The notes under the pieces: generated by a model
The model's database searches: none
What the model was told of the DNA's origin: nothing
Seen by the model: only the letters and a program-made list of their open reading frames with translations
Part shown: positions 49,817-64,000 of the stretch, piece by piece
How positions within the stretch are numbered: position 1 is the first letter of the stretch
How the letters are laid out: each line of letters opens with the position of its first letter
Position numbers and translations under genes: made by a program
Assembly (NCBI GenBank): GCA_002269645.1
Contig: NIVC01003028.1
Location: 1-64,000, forward strand
Length of the DNA stretch: 64,000 bases
Origin: Macrostomum lignano
Taxonomy: Eukaryota
Direction: 5' to 3'

Positions 49817-51110
49817 AATTTGGTTCCAGCCCAGATGGTTCCAGTCCAGAGGGTTTCCAGTCCAGACAGTTCCACTCCAGATGGTTCCAGTCCAGATGGT
49901 TCCAGTCCAGATGGTTCCAGTCCAGATGGTTCCAGTCCAGATGGTTCCAGTCCAGATGGTTCCAGTCCAGATGGTTCCAGTCCAGATGGTTCCAGTCCAG
50001 ATGGTTCCAGTCCAGATGGTTCCAGTCCAGATGGTTCCAGTCCAGATGGTTCCAGTCCAGATGGTTCCAGTCCAGATGGTTCCAGTCCAGATGGTTCCAG
50101 TCCAGACAGTTCCAGTCCAGAGGGTTTCCAATCCCCATGGTTCCAGTCCAGATGGTTCCAGTCCAGATGGTTCCAGTCCAGAGGGTTTCCAGTCCAGAGG
50201 GTTTCCAGTCCAGATGGTTCCAGTCCAGATGGTTCCAGTTCAGACAGTTCCAGTCCAGACAGTTCCAGTCCAGAGGGTTTCCAATCCCCATGGTTCCAGT
50301 CCAGATGGTTCCAGTCCAGATGGTTCCAGTCCAGACAGTTCCAGTCCAGAGGGTTTCCAGTCCAGATGGTTCCAGTCCAGACAGTTCCAGTCCAGATGGT
50401 TCCAGTCCAGATGGTTCCAGTCCAGAGGGTTTCCAGTCCAGATGGTTTCCAGTCCAGATGGTTCCAGTCCAGATGGTTCCAGTCCAGATGGTTCCAGTCC
50501 AGATGGTTCCAGTCCAGATGGTTCCAGTCCAGATGGTTCCAGTCCAGATGGTTCCAGTCCAGATGGTTCCAGTCCAGATGGTTCCAGTCCAGATGGTTCC
50601 AGTCCAGATGGTTCCAGTCCAGATGGTTCCAGTCCAGATGGTTCCAGTCCAGATGGTTCCAGTCCAGATGGTTCCAGTCCAGATGGTTCCAGTCCAGATG
50701 GTTCCAGTCCAGATGGTTCCAGTCCAGATGGTTCCAGTCCAGATGGTTCCAGTCCAGATGGTTCCAGTCCAGATGGTTCCAGTCCAGATGGTTCCAGTCC
50801 AGATGGTTCCAGTCCAGATGGTTCCAGTCCAGATGGTTCCAGTCCAGATGGTTCCAGTCCAGATGGTTCCAGTCCAGATGGTTCCAGTCCAGATGGTTCC
50901 AGTCCAGATGGTTCCAGTCCAGATGGTTCCAGTCCAGATGGTTCCAGTCCAGATGGTTCCAGTCCAGATGGTTCCAGTCCAGATGGTTCCAGTCCAGATG
51001 GTTCCAGTCCAGATGGTTCCAGTCCAGATGGTTCCAGTCCAGATGGTTCCAGCTCAGTTTGTTCGACAAGGGTCCATAAACTGATCCTGCCGCAGCCATG
51101 GTTCCAGTCC
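49817..51110. repeat. 15-bp satellite (GTCCAGATGGTTCCA)
   Basis: About 80 units. Confidence 0.97.
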
Positions 51111-51539
51111 AGATGGCAGCAGAGGGGTCCATGGAATGATTGCCAGACCGGTTCGCCTGTCAGTCAGTTGGTCAGTCGGCTTAGGAATGAGGATTAGCTG
51201 TGGGGCTGTTTATTCCGATACCGATTTGCTTGGCATGCACTCGCACTGGATCGGGTCGGCCACCGCCTCCCCCCTTCCATCTTCGAGCCGCGTGTGGGCG
51301 GATCTCCACCCCCAAGGCCTGAACCTCCCCGTTCGCGTATTCGTGTAAGGGGCATTGGGAACAACTCGGCTTCTGCCAGTCTTCCTAAAGTTCCCAAGGT
51401 TCCCCAATCCTTGTGCCAATGGCTGTCTGTGGGAAATTTATCCCAATAGTGATTTATAGAATCCCAACCCGTAGCTTATCCCCAGCCAATTCAATTTTTC
51501 AATTGAATTTTTGTGCTTTTCTTATCAAATTTCACCACT

Positions 51540-51700
51540 CTAACATTAATCTAACATTAAACTAACACCCATCTAACATTAATCTAACACAAATCTAGCA
51601 CCAATCTAATACCAATCTAACACCAATCTAACACCAATCTAACACCAATCTAACACCAATCTAACACCAATCTAACACCAATCTAACACCAATCTAACCA
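51540..51700. repeat. 11-bp repeat (AACACCAATCT)
   Basis: Direct inspection. Confidence 0.9.
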
Positions 51701-52316
51701 ACCTCACCCAAAACCAACATGAGACCAACCTGACTTAAAATCGCAGTGGGCTGGTCAGGTGAACAGAAACTAGAAATAATGCAGATTACAGGCAGCATCC
51801 CTCTCCATCCAACTCCCCGTGTCTGCAAGCTTAGCTGAGTTCCCACGCCCACCTACGCAGTCTCCGTCAGCCGCATCCAAGGCTCGCCTACCTCTTGATG
51901 TCGTTTCTCAGCCTCTGAGCCTTATCAAACTTGCATGTAGACCAGACTTGCATCCGCCTCTCTCATCTCCATCTCGCTTGCTCAAGAGTCCCGCCTTCAC
52001 TCACTCACTCACTCACTTATGCAGTTCTACCCGCCCACATTACCCCTTATCAGGGCGTACTTCATTTTCTCTCCAAGGCCTCACCTGCCTGCCAGCTCTC
52101 CGGGTTTCGGCAAAGTCAGCGAAGTGTGAAATCAGCGAGTCACCCCAGATTGTAGTTGACTTTACTCACAGCCTGCAAAGTGCTTGCTGCTGATTGAGAT
52201 TGAGCGCGAGGCTGAGATTCACTCAGCGAGACATTGAGGATGGAGACTATATTGTTTTTACATAGAGAGATCGGAGATAAGACTGTGAGATTCACTCCTA
52301 TACTGCTCAGACTTAC

Positions 52317-52545
52317 AGAGATGAGATCGGAGATGAGATCGGAGATGAGATCGGAGATGAGATCGGAGATGAGATCGGAGATGAGATCGGAGATGAGATC
52401 GGAGATGAGATCGGAGATGAGATCGGAGATGAGATCGGAGATGAGATCGGAGATGAGATCGGAGATGAGATCGGAGATTAGATCGGAGATGAGATCGGAG
52501 ATGAGATCGGAGATGAGATCGGAGATGAGATCGGAGATGAGACTG
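52317..52545. repeat. 12-bp repeat (GAGATGAGATCG)
   Basis: About 18 units. Confidence 0.96.
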
Positions 52546-53274
52546 TGAGATTCACTCTAACTACTATGCAATAATATCTATAGTACATTTACAAGCCGTA
52601 GCTTCGGACATGAGCTCAGTGACTCGCAAAAAATCCTCTGGTAAAAACGTTTCTCCCAGAGCATGGCTGAGCAAGTATTCTCTCACTAATCTTATTTCTC
52701 TTTCTCTCACTCTCAAAATCTCATATTTTCGTATTTGATTTGCCGCCACCCCCCCCCCCAATACCAGCTGGAGCGGATTTGAACTCAAACTCTAGGGAGA
52801 GCTGAAAGAAAGCAATTTTTCTCGCCGACCCACCTCGCCGGCCCCAGTAACTGCCAGATTTGATAGCTGAGCAATGCCCCGGGCCGGCTGCACTGGGATT
52901 TCGGGAGAGTGCGAGCCAAAACTGAGGCGAGCCGGAGCTGCCCTGTTTTATTTTGAGTCCGGCCCCGAGTTAATTTTCAGCGGCCGGACTGGCTGAAAGA
53001 AATAAAAGGAAATGTGGGAAAGAGAAATAGAAGAGGAGACAGGATGGATGAGAGAGAGAAGGGGGGCAGGCGCCCGATAGGAAACCGGAGACAAGGAGCG
53101 GCAGACCGCACGCACAAGGGGGGGGGGGTCCAATGGTAACTCGCCGCGAGCCTCGGCCACAGCTTGAGAAGGCTAATCAGGCACGCGGCTGCTGCTTGAA
53201 TCTGTGCAGTGCAGATGTAAGCGCGAAGAGCTCAGCGCTTGCTGGGTACTCTCGAGAATTCCGCAACATCCCTG

Positions 53275-54125
53275 TGTCTCTAGGAATCGATCATGTGTCT
53301 TTCTAGGAATCGATCATGTGTCTTTCTAGGAATCGATCATTTGTCTTTCTAGGAATCGATCATGTGTCTTTCTAGGAATCGATCATGTATCTTTCTAGGA
53401 ATCGATCATGTGTCTTTCTAGGAATCGATCATTTGTCTTTCTAGGAATCGATCATGTGTCTTTCTAGGAATCGATCATGTGTCTTTCTAGGAATCAATCA
53501 TGTGTCTTTCTAGGAGTCGATCATGTGTCTTTCTAGGAGTCGATCATGTGTCGTTCTAGGAATCGAGAATTAGTCTTTCTAGGAATCGAGAATGCGTCTT
53601 TCTAGGAATCGAGAATTAGTCTTTCTAGGAATCGAGAATGCGTCTTTCTAGGAATCGATCATGTATCTTTCTAGGAATCGATCATGTGTCTTTCTAGGAA
53701 TCGATCATTTGTCTTTCTAGGAATCGATCATGTGTCTTTCTAGGAATCGATCATGTGTCTTTCTAGGAATCAATCATGTGTCTTTCTAGGAGTCGATCAT
53801 GTGTCTTTCTAGGAGTCGATCATGTGTCGTTCTAGGAATCGAGAATTAGTCTTTCTAGGAATCGAGAATGCGTCTTTCTAGGAATCGAGAATGTGTCTTT
53901 CTAGGAATCGATCATGTGTCTTTCTAGGAATCGATGTGTCTTTCTCTGAATCGATTTATGTGTCTTTCTTGGATTCGATCATGTCTTTATAGGAATCAAG
54001 AATGTGTCTTTCTGTTCAGCGAGAATGTCTTTCTAGGAATCGATCATGTGTCTTTCTAGGTATCGAGAAAGTCTCCGTCTGGGAATAAAAAGGTGTCTTT
54101 CTGGGAATCGAGAATGTGTCTTTCT
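53275..54125. repeat. 23-bp minisatellite (TCTTTCTAGGAATCGATCATGTG)
   Basis: About 35 units, decaying toward the 3' end. Confidence 0.95.
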
Positions 54126-55817
54126 GGGAATTCGGTTTCGAAATAAAAATAATTTAGTATATTACGGTCCTAGACTTCAGATTGCGTCGGATGGCCGGAT
54201 GAGGGTCGCCGATGCCTCCTCTGCGAACCTGCCGACTATTGGCGCCGGCTGGGCGCATCCGCTAGGTTGAACCTTGGTATATTTTACCTTGGGGTTGCGA
54301 TAGGAACCTTGCGGCCTAATCACGGCCCCTTCAGCAGTAAGTACGTTGGCTCCCGACGCAGTTGCAGCCAGTCCATTGAAAACTGGCATCTATTGTTTTG
54401 TCCCACCACCCCCCACTCCTCTTGTCAGTCAGTTTCTCCATTCGAGGGAAATACGTGTGCGACTTGACTGTAGGAAATCCCCTACCAAGCGTGGAGAGAC
54501 AGATCGAGAGGCTGGTAAAGGAAATTGAAACAAGTATTGGCTGCTGGTAGATCATTTTTTCTCTTTATTTCAGCCGGGTAGGATGAAGCCAATGGACTCC
54601 TATTGGCCGTTATAGTTGCTGGGTGGGAGCGATGAGGATGGATTGAAGGTTGGCCCGATGGGAGCAGGTTCCCCCCCCCCCCCCCCCCACACAAGAAAGC
54701 ACCTTTCATGCGCCGGCTTGCGAGCGAGTAAGCGGCAGCGCCGCACGCAGGGAAGGAGACTGGAGGATGGAGCAATTTCTCTGCCCTCTTTACCACCCCC
54801 ACCCTCAGATCCCGCCAAATCCACCGGCCAGGCTGACGGGCCAGTCAAGGGGGTATTAGGCGAGCCAAGTCGCTCACGGAGGTCGAGAGAGAAAAAAGAA
54901 AAGGAGGGAGAGAAAGAGAGGCAGGGAGCCGCTGAGAAGCTTGAAATAGAACGAGGCAGCCGTCCGACGACGCAGCAACTTCAACTTCTTCAACAGCGGC
55001 CATCCCGCCTGTTTTCTATCGCCACTCTTCTCTCTCTCTCTCTCTGTGTGTCTGTCTGCCTGTCCGGCCTTACCGCTTCACTGAAGGCTCCGTCCGCAAG
55101 AAGGAAAAGCAGAAAAGGAGAAAAAGGAGCTGCCTCGAGGCTCGCAGCGGGCGAAGAGACCTGGAGAAGGGATCAGTATTCAGAAAGTCTACGGATCGGA
55201 CTTCCTTCCAGCCCGTGCCCAGGCTCCGTTTGCCTCCCCATCAGTCCAGACAGGGCTTCACTTTACTTCTCAGCTCTTTTACCCTTTCAAGCCTTACCTC
55301 TTCTCCCTTCTCTCTCCGTAATCCCAGGACTGAGGGTGAGGCAGCGGCAAGGGAACAGTCGGGCATCCGGTTTCCCAATCCCCGGCTGTGTTGCGGGACA
55401 AAGAAGCGCGGCCGGCCAGCAAAAGCAAATCAGAGCAGGCCTCGTCTCGGCACCAGCATCAGAAGTTTGCATCCTCACTGGCAGTCGGCGACAGTCCAAC
55501 GCGAGAGGCGCTTCCAGAGTGCGGTAAGACTCAAAAGTGGAAAGCTGTATACCCAGGCGCGGATTACTCTGCCCCTCTGCTCAGCTGTGCTCAGCTCAAC
55601 CTCTCGCAGCCCGCTTCAAATACTATCATCATCATGTTTCTTCTTTGTGTCACAAGGCTGCCACGCCCACTGGGTAGAGAGCAGGCAGAGACACGGGAGG
55701 GCAAAGAAGAGAGGGGAATGGAACGGCCGGGAAGACTCGTTGCGAAAGAAACAGACGGACAAGAAGCGTTTGTTCTTTGCAGCTCTGTGCGCCCGCCCGC
55801 TCTGTGCACTGGGCTAT

Positions 55818-56399
<582 letters not shown>

Positions 56400-57036
56400 C
56401 ACTGTCCTATTTCTCCTATTTCTGCATTAGCAGACCTGCTTGACCTGCACAAAAGCGAGCTGGAATAGCAAACGGGAAGCGCAGAGTCGACCAGCTGGTT
56501 CATCCCCCTTTTTGCAGCGTTTCAAGATCAAAAAGTCCGTGTCCTATTACCTAATTTCAGCCCGCCATGCAGTCTCCCTCTGGTCCGTGATTTTTTTCTG
56601 CTTCTTTTCCCCACCCTCCAGGTCTGCCTGCGCAGCCTGCCGCCACACAGCCGCCACAGCCGCCGCCACCGCTGCTGCTGCCGCTGCTGTTGTTGTAGAA
56701 GAGGGACGTTGGGCCACTGATTGCCCGGACCGCTCCCGGCAGCCAGGAGAGATTGTGTCCCCACTTCCCCGGGGCCAGCCCGGGATTGCCCCCTATTCCT
56801 CCCCCAGTCCCCCCTCTCTCTCTCTCGCCCTGACCCGCGGAAACCACCGGGCGTCCTTTCGGTTCAGCGCCAAAAACTCTCCTGGCCTCAGATCCGCCCT
56901 CTTTCTTTGCCCTGCAGCGAATTGGCTCGGTCAAAGCTGCCCCTCCTCTTCTCTCCGCCAACGCGCTCTCTCCGCTGGCCCCGTCGCCACCCCCTCACCG
57001 CCAGGAAGAGGAGGAGGCGGCAAAGCGCGACCCGTC

Positions 57037-58377
57037 ATGAATTCTGACGAGCCGGTAGTTCGTCTGGCGAAGGCGGAGTTTCTCAGGGCGCTGGACACAT
57101 CGGCGCGGAATTACACAACCGGCAGAAACTTCGGCGTCGGCGGAGGCGGCGGCGGCGTCGGTGGTGTCCCCAATCGAACGCACGCAGCATTCTCGGTGCC
57201 GCCCCCGGCAGTTGCCATGGCGACAACAATCAACTCGCTGATCCCGGCTCCGCCAACTTCGCCTAGTAGCCGGCCGCCAACCCCGGTGCTGCTCTATTCG
57301 CTCGGGTTCGGCCTGGCCGGCCTGACGCTGGTTGCTCAGCTGGCGCTCGCCCTGCTGGCCATCGCGCGGGCCTGCGGGCGCCGGCGCCGACAGCACGCCG
57401 ACTGCCTCTACGGCCTGTGCGCCCACGCCGCTATCATCGGCGCTGTCCAAGGCGGCTACGTGACGGTGACGCACACTTTGCTGCTGGCCCGCGGTCCGGA
57501 GGGCCTGGCCGACCCGCTGTGGCGCGTCAACTGCAAGGCCTACCTGTTCTGCCGCTCCCTGCTCCCAGGGCTGTTCCTGCACCTGCTCGCCAGCGTCGGC
57601 GTGGCCTTCAAGACCATCCGGTACCCCGCCAGGCGCTGCTCCAGCAGCCTCTGCGGCAGGGCGGGCGGCCTGGCCGTGCACTGCCTGCCTTGGGCGATGT
57701 GCAGCGGCGCCCTGCTTCCGGCTTTAGTGCTGCACAAAGACGTCACCGAGGCCGCGATTCGAGCGGGTCGCTGCACCGTCCCGGAGCTCTGGCCTTGGCT
57801 GGCGCCACTGCTGGTGCTGTTCGGCCTACCGCAGGTGGCGCTGCTGCTGCTCACCTGTCTTCTCTGCGCTTTCCGGCCCTACGCCACCGGCGATGAAGAC
57901 GAAGATGCCGACGACTCGCTGGAGGATGCGGCCAACAACGGCGAGGGCGAGCTACGGCCGCCGGGCTACCTGCCGGCTGCCAACCACCTGAACCAGGGGC
58001 AGCCGCAGTCGCCGCAGTCGCGCACTCTGCTCCGCGGCCGCCCGATGCGCATCGCCCGCCTGCTGCTGATTGTGCTCAACTGTCTTGAGGCGGCCACCCA
58101 GCTGCCTTACTCCATCATCAGTCTGCTGCAGACTGTGCTGCGAAACCGGCAGGCCAGGCATCTCATACCGGATGACACAGTTGACATTGCATTCTGGCTG
58201 CACATGGCCTTCTTCCCCGTGGCCAGCGTGTTCCTGGCGGCCCTGGTGGTCCAGCTGGACAAGGCCTACCAGCTCACCGAGCGGGATCTGCACCAGAGAG
58301 GCGGTGCGAAACCGTCCAGAGGCGGAGGCGGGCCAGACGAAGTTCTGTACACGGCCAGCATGCTGTCTTCGGTGTGA
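57037..58377 (+). CDS. Intronless, highly divergent 7TM rhodopsin-like orphan GPCR (446 aa)
   Basis: First ATG 57037; N-glycosylation sequons (NYT, NRT); about seven hydrophobic segments; Cys at top of TM3 (NCKAY) and in ECL2 (GRC); TM4 Trp; TM6 QLP; acidic ICL3. Confidence 0.7.
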   Translation: MNSDEPVVRLAKAEFLRALDTSARNYTTGRNFGVGGGGGGVGGVPNRTHAAFSVPPPAVAMATTINSLIPAPPTSPSSRPPTPVLLYSLGFGLAGLTLVAQLALALLAIARACGRRRRQHADCLYGLCAHAAIIGAVQGGYVTVTHTLLLARGPEGLADPLWRVNCKAYLFCRSLLPGLFLHLLASVGVAFKTIRYPARRCSSSLCGRAGGLAVHCLPWAMCSGALLPALVLHKDVTEAAIRAGRCTVPELWPWLAPLLVLFGLPQVALLLLTCLLCAFRPYATGDEDEDADDSLEDAANNGEGELRPPGYLPAANHLNQGQPQSPQSRTLLRGRPMRIARLLLIVLNCLEAATQLPYSIISLLQTVLRNRQARHLIPDDTVDIAFWLHMAFFPVASVFLAALVVQLDKAYQLTERDLHQRGGAKPSRGGGGPDEVLYTASMLSSV

Positions 58378-58408
58378 CCTCACTTTGAGATCCGCAAAAC
58401 TGTTTCAC

Positions 58409-58632
58409 GGCAGCCTGAGTGCTCAGTCGGTGTGACACACAGCAGCCTGAGTGCTCAGTCGGTGTGACACACAGCAGCCTGAGTGCTCAGTCGGTGTGAC
58501 ACACAGCAGCCTGAGTGCTCAGTCGGTGTGACACACAGCAGCCTGAGTGCTCAGTCGGTGTGACACACAGCAGCCTGAGTGCTCAGTCGGTGTGACACAC
58601 AGCAGCCTGAGTGCTCAGTCGGTGTGACACGC
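58409..58632. repeat. 32-bp minisatellite in the GPCR 3' flank
   Basis: CAGCCTGAGTGCTCAGTCGGTGTGACACACAG x7. Confidence 0.96.
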
Positions 58633-59441
58633 AGCATTAGTAAAAATCCCCTATACAATTTATCCGATTTCGTCCTGCTAGTCAATTTCGCGAATTGTCT
58701 ATTGAGTATTTCATATTCTGATCAACAAATTCGTGACCTCTCTCTCTCTCTCTCAATGTTAATGAGTTTCTCAAAAAAATTAGACACTGCTTTTTTACGA
58801 TGAGGCACGAGAATGCACAAATACAGTTGTGTAGCATATTTGGCATCGCGCTTCAATGCTTGCGTCAAATTAATTATTTATAGCATAATTCATTGTATAA
58901 TCCTGAATACGACACGTTCATGAAGAAATTTAGAAAGCAGAAATGTGTTTGTTTCCGAGAAATTTCTGCGCGAGTCTTTTTTTGCCAAGCATTCAAGAGA
59001 TCCAGTGAGGGAGTTTCTTGTGAACAAAAATCGCTTTGAGATCTCCCTTTCATTCCAGAACGCCTCGGTGAGGCGCCGGCCACTCGGCCGGCATGAGGGC
59101 TCCGCCAGATTGCGAAGCAGTCTCTCTCTTTACACGTTTCCTTTAGTCCTGCCAAACCCGTCTCAGGTTCCCTTGAGAAATTGATGGAATGGGACGGAGA
59201 GGGAGAGGCGCCCGGCCTGTTCCACGGCAGAGGGGGCCGAGAGTCGCGGGACTTCAGCCCTCGAATTTCCAGCATCCTCCCTCAGCGCCCACGCCTCATC
59301 TGTCCCGAGGGCACACGATGGAGCGAAGCGAAAGCCCAACATACGGACGGGATACAAACTGGGTGGGATTAGTGGTTTCGCTTTTCCTGTGTGCTTGAGG
59401 TTGCCACGGGCACAAAGACAAAAGTTCCGCAGCAGCCCTGA

Positions 59442-61408
<1,967 letters not shown>

Positions 61409-62276
61409 TCCATGATATCGCTTTATCCGCATTTTACTGTGATCTATCATTTATCAGAAATTTCAGAAACATCAGAAAAGGCTATGCTTTGCAATCTGTC
61501 AAAAAAGATGCCAGCTATAAATCATCCGCAATGCCTCTCAGGTCTCCGGCCCCATCAAAACCAGAGGGGCGGAGCACTAAGGGGTCGCAGCGAGGCTGAG
61601 GCCGGGCACAAAAATCGAGTTAGCAATGCAAAGCGCAACGCCTTCTAGCTCACGAGGCTCGGCCTAAATACGAGTAAGAAGCTGCGAGCGCCTTCGCCTT
61701 CATCATCTACTTTGCCCCCCCCTCTCCCCTGTTCTCAGCATCCCTTCAGTGCCCATTATTTCTCTAATTATACTATAGGCCGCTCCCCACGTGGCCCCTC
61801 TGTTGCTAAGGCAGATGAAGCAAAGCAGATTTTCTCCCGAGTTAGAAAAAAATAAAGTTGCGGAAGCAAGCGCTGAAGGCTCCTCCAAGGTGGAGGGCCT
61901 GGCGGGGAGCGGCACCCGATCCTAAGCCGATTAGCCAAGAATTCTTTGCGAAAAGACTGCTTAAATTCTTCCTCACAAATTGGAACTCTTTGAAACTGAT
62001 TTGCTAAATTTAAATGGTTCGAGACTGTACACCCTGTGTGAGCGTCTGCGTGCCTGCCTACAGTATTGGCGCTTGTACGCTTTTATGTGATCAGAAGTCA
62101 GCGTAAAGGGCTGTGGGACGATGTCATCGCAGTCGTTGCGCCAGGGTGCCCCCACAGCCGTCTTGCAATTATTATTTTATTATTAAACATCTTTCAGCCT
62201 ACTTCCAGTAGGAAGCAAGGAATATACTTTAAAGGAAGGAGCCTGACCTCAATTTTCAAGGAATGCATGTAGAACA

Positions 62277-62572
62277 GGGGTTGCAGCCTAGTGGTTAGAG
62301 CGTCGGACTAGCGATTTGAAGGTCGGGGGTTCGATTCCCGATCCACTGGAAAAAATAGTGTCCTTGAGCAAGACACTTAACTCTGCATTGCTTCAGTTCA
62401 CCCAGATGTAAAATGGGTGCCAGCATTAGCTGGGTAATTGAGGGTGTGTGGCGACCCCCAGTCCTTGGACTGAACAGCCGTACGCAGCCTTCAGATGCGC
62501 CGCGCAATAGCTGCGGCTGAGCTGTCGGTTGCACAGCTGGCCCAAATAGGGCAGGTGTAATCAATTATTATC
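62277..62572 (+). mobile_element. tRNA-derived CORE-type SINE
   Basis: GGGGTTGCAGCCTAGTGGTTAGAGCG..GGTTCGATTCCC head; GTGTCCTTGAGCAAGACACTTAACTCT..AGATGTAAAATGGG core; ATT tail. Confidence 0.88.
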
Positions 62573-63149
62573 AAATGTAGAAAGCTAATTTTTTCGCAAT
62601 TTAATCGTTAAACGTGCGAAGCTTGGTGCAAAATAAAAATATTAGGTATATATTCCAGTTTTAAAGTTACTGCTGTCCTCTTATTGACCACAAATATGAA
62701 TATACACATTAACTTCAGAGCATTACGCCTACAAAAAACAAACAGGCCTTGACAACGGGCTTGCCAGTCCTCATAAACCATTGAGTTGCTCTGTCAATGC
62801 TGCCTTAAATAGGAGCAATTATTGCACAACTGTTTCAGTTGTCAACAAGATAATTAGCTAATTAGCTAGTTAGAACACTTTGTTATGCAGAATTTTCCTG
62901 TCTCCAAAAGCTTCTAGCTAGCTTTAATTTTGATTAATATTACACAGGAAAACAGCGTACCATTGCCATAATTACAGTCTGCAGATTTGCTCCGTAGAAA
63001 AGGTTGGAAATCAGATGGAAGGCGAGGGCTGCCGACAGTCGGGACTTTAGCCCAACTAAATTCTTTCTGCTTTCTTTATTTCTTACTTTCCTTTCTAACT
63101 TTCTCCATGTTAATCCGAGTGGCGACAACGGTGGTGGTGGGTGTCATGG

Positions 63150-63483
63150 GGTGTAGCTGGCGCCCCTTCTGTAACTGGCGCCACCTCTGTAGCTGGCGTC
63201 CCTCTGTAGCTGGCGCCCCCTCTGTAGCTGGCGCCCCTTCTGTAGCTGGCGCCCCTTCTGTAGCTGGCGCCACCTCTGTAGCTGGCGTCCCTATTTACCT
63301 CGCGACCTTTCTGTAGCTGGCGCCCTCTGTAGCTGGCGCCCCTTCTGTAGCTGGCGCCACCTCTGTAGCTGGCGTCCCTCTGTAGCTGGCGCCCCTTCTG
63401 TAGCTGGCGCCCCTTCTGTAGCTGGCGCCCCCTCTGTAGCTGGTGTCCCTCTTTACCTGGCGACCTTTCTGTAGCTGGCGCCC
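63150..63483. repeat. About 19-20-bp minisatellite (CCTTCTGTAGCTGGCGCCC)
   Basis: About 16 units. Confidence 0.93.
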
Positions 63484-64000
63484 CGCCTGAAGGTAGGCGG
63501 GTAAAAGGCGTAGCGTATTGTAGACCAGAACACAAAGGAAAATTACTCGATCTGTCTATTGACTTGATTGCGCATAACTCAATTAGATGTATTTGCACAG
63601 AGTTTCTGTCACAAATTGCCTCTAGATGGTTGCTAGGTTACAAGGCATAACAATAGGGCTCATGACTGCCTCTGTTGTACTACGTACACTGTGAGGCCTG
63701 CACAGCCCAACTGGTCGACTGTTTGACAGCCAATAACCCCAGAATCCAATTAGTCGGTGCCCAGTTATTGACTTATCCGCAGCTGCCATGCATGGCCCAA
63801 ACATGGCCTAATTGGCTGAGCATCGCGGTGGATAGGGGGAGAGAAATGGGAGCAGAATGTAACGATACAGACTGCGATCCAGTATTTCAGTCACGAAAAA
63901 GACTGCGCATACTCCAAGATTGAATTCGAGAAAACTGATACCCAATACATAGGAAATTGAAAGTTATCGAAGCAGCGACAGGCAATGAAACCACAGACAC

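Noticed and set aside
45523-51197. 400-600-aa ORFs (LDGSGL, WNHLD, SSPDG)
   Set aside because: Satellite translations with unit length divisible by 3.
62277-62350. Possible tRNA gene (also 35400-35473 and 5335-5405)
   Set aside because: Acceptor and anticodon stems do not pair properly and the heads continue into SINE bodies.

Overview
Eukaryotic, intron-containing, extremely tandem-repeat-rich animal DNA. The style (GC-rich exons with Ala/Gly runs, AT-rich introns packed with minisatellites, a spiralian-type Lox2/Lox4 Hox gene) suggests a flatworm such as Macrostomum; this is inference only. Main contents: (1) the 5' part of a Ty3/Gypsy LTR retrotransposon on the minus strand (intact gag, GGGAAAC -1 frameshift site, disrupted pol, tRNA-Leu PBS that appears duplicated); (2) the 3' six coding exons of PMS2 (+); (3) a candidate small-exon gene of unknown function (-); (4) two intronless divergent rhodopsin-like GPCRs (+), one with a 1-nt frameshift; (5) a two-exon central-class Hox gene (-) that the ORF track misses, whose splice donor is tandemly amplified 12 times; (6) a three-exon gene of about 1130 aa (-) with a degenerate Mab-21/cGAS-like C-terminus and a possible TIR-like segment; (7) three MITE copies, two CORE-type SINEs, another tRNA-derived SINE, a LINE 3' fragment, a solo LTR, and about 25 micro/minisatellite arrays that account for most long ORFs in the track. 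All gene models were derived by hand from splice signals and phase compatibility; no database search was run.
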